From Armatimonadota bacterium (lineage in GTDB: Bacteria; Armatimonadota; UBA10988), in contig JACRKZ010000072.1 in assembly GCA_016235455.1 (NCBI GenBank), positions 1 through 51,700 on the forward strand: a DNA stretch of 51,700 bases, read 5' to 3'. Within the stretch, counting starts at the first letter, position 1. The number at the start of each line of letters is the position of its first letter. The position numbers and the translations under genes were made by a program. Of the stretch, positions 29,587-38,377 are shown one piece after another. The notes under the pieces were generated by a model that was not told where the DNA came from, ran no database searches, and saw nothing but the letters and a program-made list of their open reading frames with translations.

Positions 29587-31119
29587 TCAGCAGTGGCCGC
29601 TGATACCGCCCTCGAGCCGGGTGAGGATCTCCTCAACGCCTTCCATCGGCTGCTCGCCGCCCAAGGCGACGGCCACCTCGCGCAGCTGTCGGGTGAGGTC
29701 GGTGATCTTGTGCGCGCTGCTCAGAATGGTCTCCAGCGTGGGCTGGTGGTCCGGCAGGTCGCGCAGGCGCAGTTGCAGCAGCTGGGTCAGCCCGATGATG
29801 CAGGTCAGCGGGTTGTTGATGGAATGGTTGAGCGCGCGCACGGTCATGGCCAGCGTATCGAGGTCCTCATGGGCGTGCTGATAGAGGCCGGCCGTCGTGC
29901 GTGAGGACACGTCGCGAATGACCGCCACCACTTCCGAACCGGTCGCCTGGCGCACCCGGCGCAGCGACATTTCCACCAGGAGGTCGTCGCCGTCGACGCG
30001 CTTGAGGTGCTGGTCGCTCAGGGTCAGCGGCCGGCCATTGGTGAGCGAGAGCAATCCCTGGCCCACGGCCTCGCGCGAGCCGCCGGCAAACAGGTCGCGG
30101 AAGGCCACGCCCTCCAGCGCCCGCGGCATGGCCGACAGCCAGGCGGCCAGCGCCTGGTTCACCTGCCGGCACAGCCCGGTGGCGGGGTCGATGATGGCCA
30201 CACCGTCGCCGGCTTGCTCGAACAGCACGCGATAGCGGTTCTCGCTCTGCGCGCGCATGGCTCGCTCGGCGGCCGCGGACAGCACCAGTGCCGCCGACTC
30301 CGCCAACTCGCCCAGCAGGCGCAGTGCCGGCTCGGTCAGGGCGCCCGTCTCGTTGGCCACGACCACCATGCCGGCCACGTCCGCGCCGTGCCACAGCGCC
30401 ACGACCGCCGATTCAAGATGCTCCAGGCCACGGCCGAGCAGGCCCATGCGGCTGCCGCTGCGGCGCTGCCAGCCGGTGTTGTCGAGCGTGATGCCCGCCG
30501 CCTGTGCGTCGTGCAGCACGTCCGCCAGCGCCGACTCGCGCGGCACGGGCCGGTCGTCGCAGCAGGGACCCAGCAGGCGGTCGCCGTAGCGCACGAAGAG
30601 GTGCAAGCGGTCGACACCGGCCGCCTCACGCATGGCGCCGGCCACCCGCGTCGCCGCTTCGGCCAGGTCGCCACCCAGACTGCCCGCCTGAGCGATGCTG
30701 GCCACGGCCCGCGACTTGGCCGCATCCTCGGCCAACTGCCGTCCGAGCCGCGCGGCGCGCAGCAGGACTCGCATCCGCGCCTGCAGCACCGGCACGTTGT
30801 AGGGCTTGGTGACGTAGTCCTCGGCGCCCTCGGCGAGCGCCTCTATCAATCGTTCGGTACGATCGACCGCACTGACGATGAGCACCGGGATGTGGGCGGT
30901 GGCCGCGTCGCGCTTGAGCCGCCGCAGCACTTCGACCCCATCGATATCGGGCAGCACGAGATCGAGACAGATCAGCGAAGGCAGCTGCGCACGGGCCTCG
31001 GCCAGACCGGCACGCCCATCGGCCGCGTCGATCGCCCGACAACCCATGTCGGTCACCACCCGGTGCAGGAGCACCCGGTGCGTGCTGTAGTCCTCAATGA
31101 TCAGTACGCTCTCTGCCAT
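29587..31119 (-). CDS. REC-GAF-PAS-HisKA signalling protein lacking an HATPase domain
   Basis: VLIIED...ICLDLVLPDIDG...DYVTKP receiver; GAF-like middle; YRVLFEQAGDG...VN...AVIRDVS PAS; ALNHSINNPL H-box; ends about 65 aa later. Confidence 0.85.
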   Translation of the reverse strand: MAESVLIIEDYSTHRVLLHRVVTDMGCRAIDAADGRAGLAEARAQLPSLICLDLVLPDIDGVEVLRRLKRDAATAHIPVLIVSAVDRTERLIEALAEGAEDYVTKPYNVPVLQARMRVLLRAARLGRQLAEDAAKSRAVASIAQAGSLGGDLAEAATRVAGAMREAAGVDRLHLFVRYGDRLLGPCCDDRPVPRESALADVLHDAQAAGITLDNTGWQRRSGSRMGLLGRGLEHLESAVVALWHGADVAGMVVVANETGALTEPALRLLGELAESAALVLSAAAERAMRAQSENRYRVLFEQAGDGVAIIDPATGLCRQVNQALAAWLSAMPRALEGVAFRDLFAGGSREAVGQGLLSLTNGRPLTLSDQHLKRVDGDDLLVEMSLRRVRQATGSEVVAVIRDVSSRTTAGLYQHAHEDLDTLAMTVRALNHSINNPLTCIIGLTQLLQLRLRDLPDHQPTLETILSSAHKITDLTRQLREVAVALGGEQPMEGVEEILTRLEGGISGHC

Positions 31120-31237
31120 CACCTGTCCCAGCGCCGCCCATCGGCCGTCGGCTCATTGCCCCAAGATAGTTGGCTGCTTATGGCTCATCGGGGCATCGCG
31201 GTCGGGTCTGCATAGCCAGGATGGGTAGCCTGGCCCC

Positions 31238-31266
31238 TTGACCTCGCCTGCGCGGCAGCGCAGAAT
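31238..31266 (+). promoter_or_regulatory. Sigma70-type promoter
   Basis: TTGACC-17 nt-CAGAAT. Confidence 0.55.
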
Positions 31267-31345
31267 GCCCTGGTAATTGGGTACCACGACCGACGTAACG
31301 CCACACCTGCCGCGTGTGACCAAATCGTGAAACCGGGAACGCTTG

Positions 31346-31861
31346 ATGGGATTCCACTGCTACCACGACCAGCCTTGTCCTTCTTGCGGCAGGTCGTATG
31401 TGCGGTTCGCGGCCTCATCAAGCTGCCCGGCTTGCGGGTCGGACGCCGCACCGGTCTACCCGCTGATCGACGAGATCCTGCACTATGCGCGCCTGACGCT
31501 GGCCACGCAGGGCAATCTGGAGCTGCCAGCCTTCCAGCCGGCGACGGATGCCGACCGCTACGTGGTGCTCGGCTACGACCTGCTGGAAGCGTTTCGGCGG
31601 ATCGGCGATGTGGATCCGGAACTGGTGGCGGCCGAGGCGGTAGAGCACTATCAACTCGGCCTACGCGAGGGCGAGTCGGAGCGTGCGCACTGGCGAGCCT
31701 TCTTCGCCGCGCTGCTGGCCGGCTGGCGCGAGCAGCGTCACAGGCCGCTCGACGCACTGCCGCCGAGCAACAGCGTTGGGCTCGGCGTCGCCGAGCCGCT
31801 GGTCTCCGCGCGGCCGGTGAGCAGCCAGTCGTTCCGCAAGAAGTGGTCGCCCAAGGCATGA
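31346..31861 (+). CDS. Hypothetical protein with N-terminal zinc ribbon
   Basis: CPSCG...CPACG; GC3-biased frame filling the gap before the ABC operon. Confidence 0.7.
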   Translation: MGFHCYHDQPCPSCGRSYVRFAASSSCPACGSDAAPVYPLIDEILHYARLTLATQGNLELPAFQPATDADRYVVLGYDLLEAFRRIGDVDPELVAAEAVEHYQLGLREGESERAHWRAFFAALLAGWREQRHRPLDALPPSNSVGLGVAEPLVSARPVSSQSFRKKWSPKA

Positions 31862-31887
31862 ACGCCTGTTTTTGCTACAATGGCGCC

Positions 31888-33504
31888 ATGCATCCATTGG
31901 CGCGCCTGGCCTTGCTGCTGAGCCTCCTCTTGTCCGGTTGTGCCCGGCCGGGTCCCGACCTGACCCAAGGCCGTCTGCGGCTGGCCGACGCGGTCGACAT
32001 CCGCACGCTCGACACGGCCATCGGCTATGACACAGCGTCGTGGAAGTTCGAGCGGCTGATCAACGATGGCCTGCTCAACTACGCGGAGGAGGACGCCACG
32101 CTGGTGCCCGCCGTGGCGCGCGCGCTGCCCGAAATCGTCGGCGGCCGGCGGTTTACCTTCCACCTGCGTGACGACGTCAGGTTTCACAACGGGCGCCGCG
32201 TCGTCGCGGGCGACTTCCGCTATGCCCTGCTGCGCGTGCTCGATCCCAAGACCGCCTCGCCCGGCCGCGGGCTGTTCGAGAACATCGTCGGCGCCAAGGC
32301 CTTCTCCGAGGGCAAGGCCAAGGACGTGGCCGGCTTGCGCTGCCCTGACGACCGGACCTTCGTGGTGGAACTGGAGCGGCCCGATCTGGCCTTCCTCAAT
32401 GTCATCTCCATGCCGTTTGCCTATGCCGTGCCCAAGGAGGAAGTGAGCAAGTACTCCCTGGCCGAATGGTCGCGCCACACCGTGGGCTGCGGCCCCTATC
32501 GGCTGGCGGCGTGGGAACCGGGCGTGCGCATCCGCGTGGAAAAGGTCGACGGCTTCTACGACCCGCAGCGCGGCAAGCTCAAGGTCATCGAGCAGCGCTC
32601 GGGCGTGGCCGACTTCATGCAACTGATGATGTTCGAGAAGGGCCAGATCGACGTCAGCGGCATTCCCATCACGGACATGGAGCGCATCCTCGGCGATGCG
32701 CGCTTCCGGCCGATGCTCCGCTCGATCGACGAGAACGCCATCACCTACGCGTCGATGAACTGCGAGATGAAGCCCTTCGACAAGAAGGAAGTGCGGCAGG
32801 CCTTCAACTACGCCATCGACCGGCAGCGCCTGGTGCAGTTGCAGGCCAACACGGTCAAGCCGGCGCGCGGCGTCCTGCCGCCGGGCATGCCCGGCTACGA
32901 CCCGGCGCTGCCGGCCTACGCCTTTGACCCGGACAAGGCCAAGGCACTGCTGGCCAAGGCGGGCTACGAGACGAGCGCGGCCGCGGAGGCCAGCGGCGGC
33001 CGCCGGCTCGAGGTGGAGCTGACCACGCGCGACCGTCCGGCCGAGCGCCGTCTGGCCGAGTCCATGCAGAGCGACCTGGCCAAGGTCGGCGTTAAGGTGG
33101 CCATCCGCTCCATTGCCTTCCCCCAGTGGCTGGATCTGGCGGGCAAGCGCAAGCAGATGCCGTTCACCATCAACGCCTGGTTCCAGGACTACCCCGACCC
33201 GAGCAACTTCCTGGACATCCTGCTCAACGGCCGGCGCATCACCGACAGCAACTGCGAGAACCGCTCCTTCTACGACAACCCGACGGTGACGCGACTGCTG
33301 GACGAGGCGGCGCAGATGACAGACAGCAAGGCGCGACTGGCGCTGTATGGCCGCGTCGAGCGCATGGTGGTCGATGACGCGCCGTGGATCTTCTTGTACT
33401 ACCCGACGCGCTATGTGCTGGTGCAGCCCTGGGTGAAGGGCTACCAGCTACACCCGGTGTGGTCCTCGCGCGAGGATCGTGTCTGGCTGGAGGGAGCCAA
33501 CTGA
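31888..33504 (+). CDS. Peptide/nickel ABC transporter substrate-binding lipoprotein (family 5, DppA/OppA-like)
   Basis: LLLSGC lipobox, TFHLRDDVRFHNG, VGCGPY, VRQAFNYAIDR and WFQDYPDP. Confidence 0.92.
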   Translation: MHPLARLALLLSLLLSGCARPGPDLTQGRLRLADAVDIRTLDTAIGYDTASWKFERLINDGLLNYAEEDATLVPAVARALPEIVGGRRFTFHLRDDVRFHNGRRVVAGDFRYALLRVLDPKTASPGRGLFENIVGAKAFSEGKAKDVAGLRCPDDRTFVVELERPDLAFLNVISMPFAYAVPKEEVSKYSLAEWSRHTVGCGPYRLAAWEPGVRIRVEKVDGFYDPQRGKLKVIEQRSGVADFMQLMMFEKGQIDVSGIPITDMERILGDARFRPMLRSIDENAITYASMNCEMKPFDKKEVRQAFNYAIDRQRLVQLQANTVKPARGVLPPGMPGYDPALPAYAFDPDKAKALLAKAGYETSAAAEASGGRRLEVELTTRDRPAERRLAESMQSDLAKVGVKVAIRSIAFPQWLDLAGKRKQMPFTINAWFQDYPDPSNFLDILLNGRRITDSNCENRSFYDNPTVTRLLDEAAQMTDSKARLALYGRVERMVVDDAPWIFLYYPTRYVLVQPWVKGYQLHPVWSSREDRVWLEGAN

Positions 33505-34361
33505 TGCCGCTTGTTAGCCCGTACGATGACTGCCGGGGGCCTTGGCTCAAGGGCAATCTGCACACGCACACGCGCCGCAGCGACGGGCGACAGGAACCGC
33601 AGGAGGTGGTCGACCGCTACGCCGCCGCCGGCTGGGACTTCCTGGCCCTGACCGACCATGACATCTGTACGCCGCCGCCGGCCGATGACCGGCTCATCTG
33701 GCTGTCGGGCGTGGAGATCAGCGCCAACGGGCCGCACATGCTGGCTATCGGCGTCGACCACGCCTACGACACCGCGCCGCCGCGCCAGGCCCTCATCGAC
33801 CAGGTCATCGCCGACGGCGGACTGTGCATCCTCAACCACCCCAACTGGGGCCCTGAGTTCGTACACTGGCCGCAGGCCGACCTGGAGCACCTGCTGCGGT
33901 ACAACGGCCTGGAGATCCACAACAGCGTGGTCGAACGGCTGGAAGGCAACGCCTCGGCCACTGACCGCTGGGACCGGCTGCTGTCGATCCGCCACTGGGT
34001 CTGGGGCTATGCCACCGACGACCTGCACGACCTGCCCGACGGCCCCCGCAGCTACTGCGCGGTGTGCACCGCCGAGCGCACGCCGGCCGCGGTGATGGCG
34101 GCGCTACGCTGTGGCCGGTTCTATGCCTCCACGGGCCTGGACATCAGCCGCATCGCGGTCGCGGGCAACGTGCTGACGGTGGAGGCACCGGAGGCGGACA
34201 CCATCCGCTTCGTTGGCCGCTGGGGCGTTGTGCTGGACACAGTCCATGGCCCGGCCGCCAGCTACGAGGTCCGCGCGCGCGACGGCTTTGTCCGCGCCGA
34301 GTGCCATGGCAGCCGGCTCCGTACGGCCTATACGCAGCCGGTGCGCATCGAGTCCGCATGA
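33504..34361 (+). CDS. PHP-domain (CehA/McbA-like) metallohydrolase
   Basis: WLKGNLHTHT..SDG, FLALTDHD, GVE, NHP, TDDLH and GRFYASTG; TGATG coupling to the binding-protein gene. Confidence 0.87.
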   Translation: MPLVSPYDDCRGPWLKGNLHTHTRRSDGRQEPQEVVDRYAAAGWDFLALTDHDICTPPPADDRLIWLSGVEISANGPHMLAIGVDHAYDTAPPRQALIDQVIADGGLCILNHPNWGPEFVHWPQADLEHLLRYNGLEIHNSVVERLEGNASATDRWDRLLSIRHWVWGYATDDLHDLPDGPRSYCAVCTAERTPAAVMAALRCGRFYASTGLDISRIAVAGNVLTVEAPEADTIRFVGRWGVVLDTVHGPAASYEVRARDGFVRAECHGSRLRTAYTQPVRIESA

Positions 34362-35332
34362 TCAACGCCACGGACAAGCAGTTGGCATGGCGCCGGGCCG
34401 GAGTGCTCGGGCGGCGGCTCTCGTCCCGGCTGCTCTGGGGTGCGGTCACGCTGCTCTGCACCACGGGCATCGTCTTCTCACTGCTCAACCTGGCGGGCGA
34501 CCCGGCGCAGGCCATGGCCGGCGAGAAGGCCGACAAGAAGACCGTCGAACAGGTCCGCGTGCAGATGGGCTTCGACCGGCCGCTGCCCGTGCAGTTGGCC
34601 AAGTACGTGGCCCGCGTGGCCCGAGGCGACCTGGGCGAGTCCAGCTTCTACCGGCGGCCGGTGGCCGAACTGCTGCTCCAGCGCCTGCCGTTCACCATCG
34701 CCTTGGCGCTGGGCGGCCTGCTGGTGTGGGTCGGCATTGGCGTGCCCGTCGGGGTGTTCACGGCTCTGCGCCGAGACACCTGGATCGACCGGCTGGTGCT
34801 GGTGCTCGCGGTGCTGACCTACTCGGTGCCGACCTTCTGGCTGGGCCGCATGCTGCAACATGCCTTGGCCTATCGCCATGCCTGGTTCCCCGTGGGCAGC
34901 TTCGGCGGGCCGGCCAACCTGGTGCTGCCGTCGGTCTGTCTGGGTCTGTCGGGCGTCGGCTACTATGCTCGGCTGGTCCACACCAACATGGTCGACGTGC
35001 TGCCCAGCGAGTACGTGCGCACCGCGCGCGCCAAGGGGCTGACCGAGTGGGTGGTGCTCTGGCGGCATGCCTTCCGCTGCGCCATGCTGCCGGTGGTCAC
35101 GGTGCTCGGGCTCGATGCCGCGCGGCTGCTGGGCGGCGTGGTGTTCACCGAGACCATCTTCGCCTGGCCGGGCCTCGGGTCGCAGATGGTCCAGGCCATC
35201 CCCAACCTCGACATCCCGCTGGTGCTGGGCACCGTGCTGTTCGCCGCGGCGCTGGTGGTCGTCTCCAACATCGTGGTCGATCTGCTCTACTTCTGGCTTG
35301 ACCCGCGGCTGCGCGACGAGGGGCTGGTCTGA
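34358..35332 (+). CDS. Peptide ABC transporter permease (DppB/OppB-like)
   Basis: GDLGES, SVPTFWLG, YVRTARAKGL..HAFR, VFTETIFAWPG and VDLLYFWLDPR. Confidence 0.93.
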   Translation: MINATDKQLAWRRAGVLGRRLSSRLLWGAVTLLCTTGIVFSLLNLAGDPAQAMAGEKADKKTVEQVRVQMGFDRPLPVQLAKYVARVARGDLGESSFYRRPVAELLLQRLPFTIALALGGLLVWVGIGVPVGVFTALRRDTWIDRLVLVLAVLTYSVPTFWLGRMLQHALAYRHAWFPVGSFGGPANLVLPSVCLGLSGVGYYARLVHTNMVDVLPSEYVRTARAKGLTEWVVLWRHAFRCAMLPVVTVLGLDAARLLGGVVFTETIFAWPGLGSQMVQAIPNLDIPLVLGTVLFAAALVVVSNIVVDLLYFWLDPRLRDEGLV

Positions 35333-36147
35333 TGGCACTGCTCAGCGTGCGCGGGCTGCGCGTGGCCTTCCGCTCCACCGTGGTGGTTGACGGGCTCGAT
35401 CTGGACGTGAGTGAGAGCCGGACCACCGCCCTGGTGGGCGAGAGCGGCTGCGGCAAGTCCATCTCGGCACTGGCGGTGATGGGGCTCGTGCCGTGGCCGG
35501 GCGAGATCATCGGTGGCGAGATCGACTTCGAAGGTCGGGCGCTGAGCCAGCTCACCGCCGACGAGCGGCGCCGGCTGCGCGGCCGGCGTATTGGACTGAT
35601 CAGCCAGGACCCGCTGGCGGCGCTCAACCCGGTGCACACCGTAGGCGCGCAGGTGGCCGAGGCGCACCTGGCCCATGGCCGCATGAGCCGGCGCGAGGCC
35701 TGGTCGCTGGCCGTGGAGGCGCTGGCCGAGGTGGGCATCCCGACCCCGGCCCAGCGCGCCCACGACTACCCGCACCAACTCTCGGGCGGGCAGCGCCAGC
35801 GTGTGGTCATCGCCATGGCCATCGCCTGCCGACCAGCGCTGCTCATCGCCGACGAGCCCACCACGGCGCTGGACGTCAGCGTGCAAGCGCAGATCCTCGA
35901 CCTGCTGCGGCGGCTGCAGGCCGAGCACGCCATGGGCCTGCTGCTGATCACCCACGACTTGGGCGTCGTGGCCGAGATGGCCGACCGCGTGACGGTCATG
36001 CGCGGCGGCCGCGTCATGGAGGAAGCCGACGTGCGGCAGCTCTACGCCGCGCCCCAGCACGCCTACACCCGTGCGCTGCTGGCCGCCGTGCCGCGGTTGG
36101 ACCGGCGACGCGAGCGACTGGCCACCGTGGAGACCAGCGATGCGTGA
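35332..36147 (+). CDS. Peptide ABC transporter ATPase (DppD-like, short)
   Basis: [30 protein letters not shown] and ITHDLG. Confidence 0.93.
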   Translation: MALLSVRGLRVAFRSTVVVDGLDLDVSESRTTALVGESGCGKSISALAVMGLVPWPGEIIGGEIDFEGRALSQLTADERRRLRGRRIGLISQDPLAALNPVHTVGAQVAEAHLAHGRMSRREAWSLAVEALAEVGIPTPAQRAHDYPHQLSGGQRQRVVIAMAIACRPALLIADEPTTALDVSVQAQILDLLRRLQAEHAMGLLLITHDLGVVAEMADRVTVMRGGRVMEEADVRQLYAAPQHAYTRALLAAVPRLDRRRERLATVETSDA

Positions 36148-37138
36148 CCGCCTGCTGGTGCTGCTGGCGCTCGTGGCGCTGCCGGCGCTGGCCGAGTGCG
36201 ACTGCCAGGGCAACTACAAGAGCCTGGCCGCCGAGCGCGCGGCGTTGCCCCGCATCTACGACCTGATCATGGGGCTGTCGACCGAACACGGGCCGGACTA
36301 CCACCGCGCGCGTACAGCGCGCCTGGACGCCCTGCCGCGGGCGCAGTGGAGCGTCGAAGACTACGACCGCTACGCCTCGTCGCAGGCGCGTCTCCGAGCC
36401 GATGCCAAGGCCGTCACCACCGTTGACGCCAAGATTGCCGCACTGGGCGCCTCACCCGCCAACACCGCGCTACGCGGGCGCTACCTGGCGCGCTGCCGCC
36501 GCTACGGCGAGGCTGCCGCGGCGCTGGCCGAGGCGGCCAAGGCCGAACCGGGCAACGCCGCCTGGGCCTGGCAAGCCCTGGCCGCCACCGCCGGCCCGGC
36601 ACTGGTGGTGCGCGCGCCGAGCAGATACACGGTGGGCATCCTCGGCATCGATCTGGCGCAGCACCTGACCGCCGACTTCCGCAGCCAGCCGCCGGTCACG
36701 GTGGCGCAGACGGGTCGTGGCGCCGACCTGGAGGCGCAGGTCTGGCGCCGGCTGGGTCTGCCACCGACGCCGTTCGAGTGCCTGCCGAGCGTTTTCGAAC
36801 TCAACGCGACCGACCAACCCGAGCCGTTCTACGCGCTGGCCGAACTGCTGGCGGCGGCCAACTTCCGGCGGCTGGCTTGGCACAGCTACCAGCGCGCCTG
36901 GGATCTGGAGCATCCGCTGAGCGACGACCTCGCCGCCTATCAGTCGCAGGTGGCGCTCGGCCTGCCCGACAGCGAGCGCTACGACCTCTCGGGCAGCCGG
37001 CACTACCGGGCGCGCCGCGCCGCCGTGGACTGGACCAAGGCGCTCTGGGCCTATGAGCGCGACCTGCTCCGGCGCGACGGCGACCCCGACGATGCGACGG
37101 CCATGGCGCCGTTCTATCAGGAGCACCCCAAGCCGTGA
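36140..37138 (+). CDS. Secreted hypothetical TPR-like protein
   Basis: [18 protein letters not shown] signal; helical repeats; overlaps both neighbours. Confidence 0.65.
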   Translation: MRDRLLVLLALVALPALAECDCQGNYKSLAAERAALPRIYDLIMGLSTEHGPDYHRARTARLDALPRAQWSVEDYDRYASSQARLRADAKAVTTVDAKIAALGASPANTALRGRYLARCRRYGEAAAALAEAAKAEPGNAAWAWQALAATAGPALVVRAPSRYTVGILGIDLAQHLTADFRSQPPVTVAQTGRGADLEAQVWRRLGLPPTPFECLPSVFELNATDQPEPFYALAELLAAANFRRLAWHSYQRAWDLEHPLSDDLAAYQSQVALGLPDSERYDLSGSRHYRARRAAVDWTKALWAYERDLLRRDGDPDDATAMAPFYQEHPKP

Positions 37139-38103
37139 GCCAGCCTGTCCAACAGCCCGTGCTGCTGCGCGTGACCGACCTGGTCGTGGAGTACCCCGGC
37201 CGCGCCGGCGGGCCGCCGCTGCGCGCGGTCGACGGCATCAGCTTCGCCATCCCGCGCGGCCGCACGCTGGGCCTGGTGGGCGAGAGCGGCTGCGGCAAGA
37301 GCACCACGGGCCGGGCCATTCTGCGGCTCACGCCGACCGCGCGCGGCGCGGTGACGCTCGACGGCCGCGACGTGCTGGCCCTGCACGGCGGCGGCCTGTT
37401 CGAGCTGCGCCGACGCGCCCAGATCGTCTTCCAGGATCCGTTCAGCAGCCTGAACCCGCGGCTGACCGTGCTCTCGACGCTGGCCGAGCCGCTCCTGCTG
37501 CACCGCCGCGCCGCGCGGCGCGAAGTGCGCGACCGCGTGGCGGTGCTGCTCGAACAGGTGGGCCTGACGCCGGACATGATGCACCGCTACCCCAGCCAGT
37601 TCAGCGGCGGACAGCGCCAGCGCATCGGCATTGCGCGCGCCCTGGCGGTGGAGCCGGAGCTGCTCATCTGCGATGAGCCCGTCTCGGCGTTGGATGTGAC
37701 TGTGCAGGCGCAGATCGTCAACCTGCTGCGCGACCTGCAGGAGCAACTGGAGCTGACGCTGCTGTTCATCGCGCACGACCTGAGCGTGGTGCGACATATC
37801 AGCGACGAGGTGGCGGTGATGTACCTGGGCCGCATCGTCGAGCACGGCCCCGGCGACCGCGTCTACGAGACGCCGCGCCACCCCTACACGCAGGCGCTGC
37901 TCTCGGCGGTGCCCAAGCCCGACCCCGAGGCGCCGCGCGACCGCATCCTGCTCACGGGCGATGTACCCTCGCCCAGCGACGTGCCGAGCGGCTGCCGCTT
38001 CCATCCGCGCTGCCCACAAGTCTTCGGTCCCTGCGCCGAGGTCGACCCGCCGGTGGTCGATGGCGTGGCCTGCCATCTGATGGGCGAGAGTCAGTCGACG
38101 TAG
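37135..38103 (+). CDS. Peptide ABC transporter ATPase (DppF/OppF-like)
   Basis: [39 protein letters not shown] and GCRFHPRC..ACH tail. Confidence 0.94.
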   Translation: MSQPVQQPVLLRVTDLVVEYPGRAGGPPLRAVDGISFAIPRGRTLGLVGESGCGKSTTGRAILRLTPTARGAVTLDGRDVLALHGGGLFELRRRAQIVFQDPFSSLNPRLTVLSTLAEPLLLHRRAARREVRDRVAVLLEQVGLTPDMMHRYPSQFSGGQRQRIGIARALAVEPELLICDEPVSALDVTVQAQIVNLLRDLQEQLELTLLFIAHDLSVVRHISDEVAVMYLGRIVEHGPGDRVYETPRHPYTQALLSAVPKPDPEAPRDRILLTGDVPSPSDVPSGCRFHPRCPQVFGPCAEVDPPVVDGVACHLMGESQST

Positions 38104-38261
38104 TCGCTGATCAGCCGCAACGACAAGCCTGCCACCTGGCACAGGCCCTTGTCGTTGGTCACAAAGGCATCGCCTCCGGCGACCGTCGCGGTCGCCACAT
38201 GGATCGCGTCGGGCGTCCTCAAGGACAGCACCTCAGCGCGCAGGCGAGCCGCTCTCGCCAT
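38091..38261 (-). pseudogene. C-terminal half of a VapC/PIN-domain toxin
   Basis: Translated by hand (56 aa, below the track cut-off): MARAARLRAEVLSLRTPDAIHVATATVAGGDAFVTNDKGLCQVAGLSLRLISDYVD*. An in-frame TGA lies five codons upstream. Confidence 0.8.
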
Positions 38262-38377
38262 GGCTCGCCACCCTCAGTCATGTCCACTATAGCCTCGGCC
38301 GGCCGGCGCCGGAGTCCTCACCAAGCGGCACTCCGCGTATACTGTGGGTGGCAAGTCTGTATCGGAGGACGTACCCC

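Noticed and set aside
31327-31887. N-terminal extension of the ABC binding protein
   Set aside because: Overlaps the zinc-ribbon gene; the lipoprotein signal starts at 31888.
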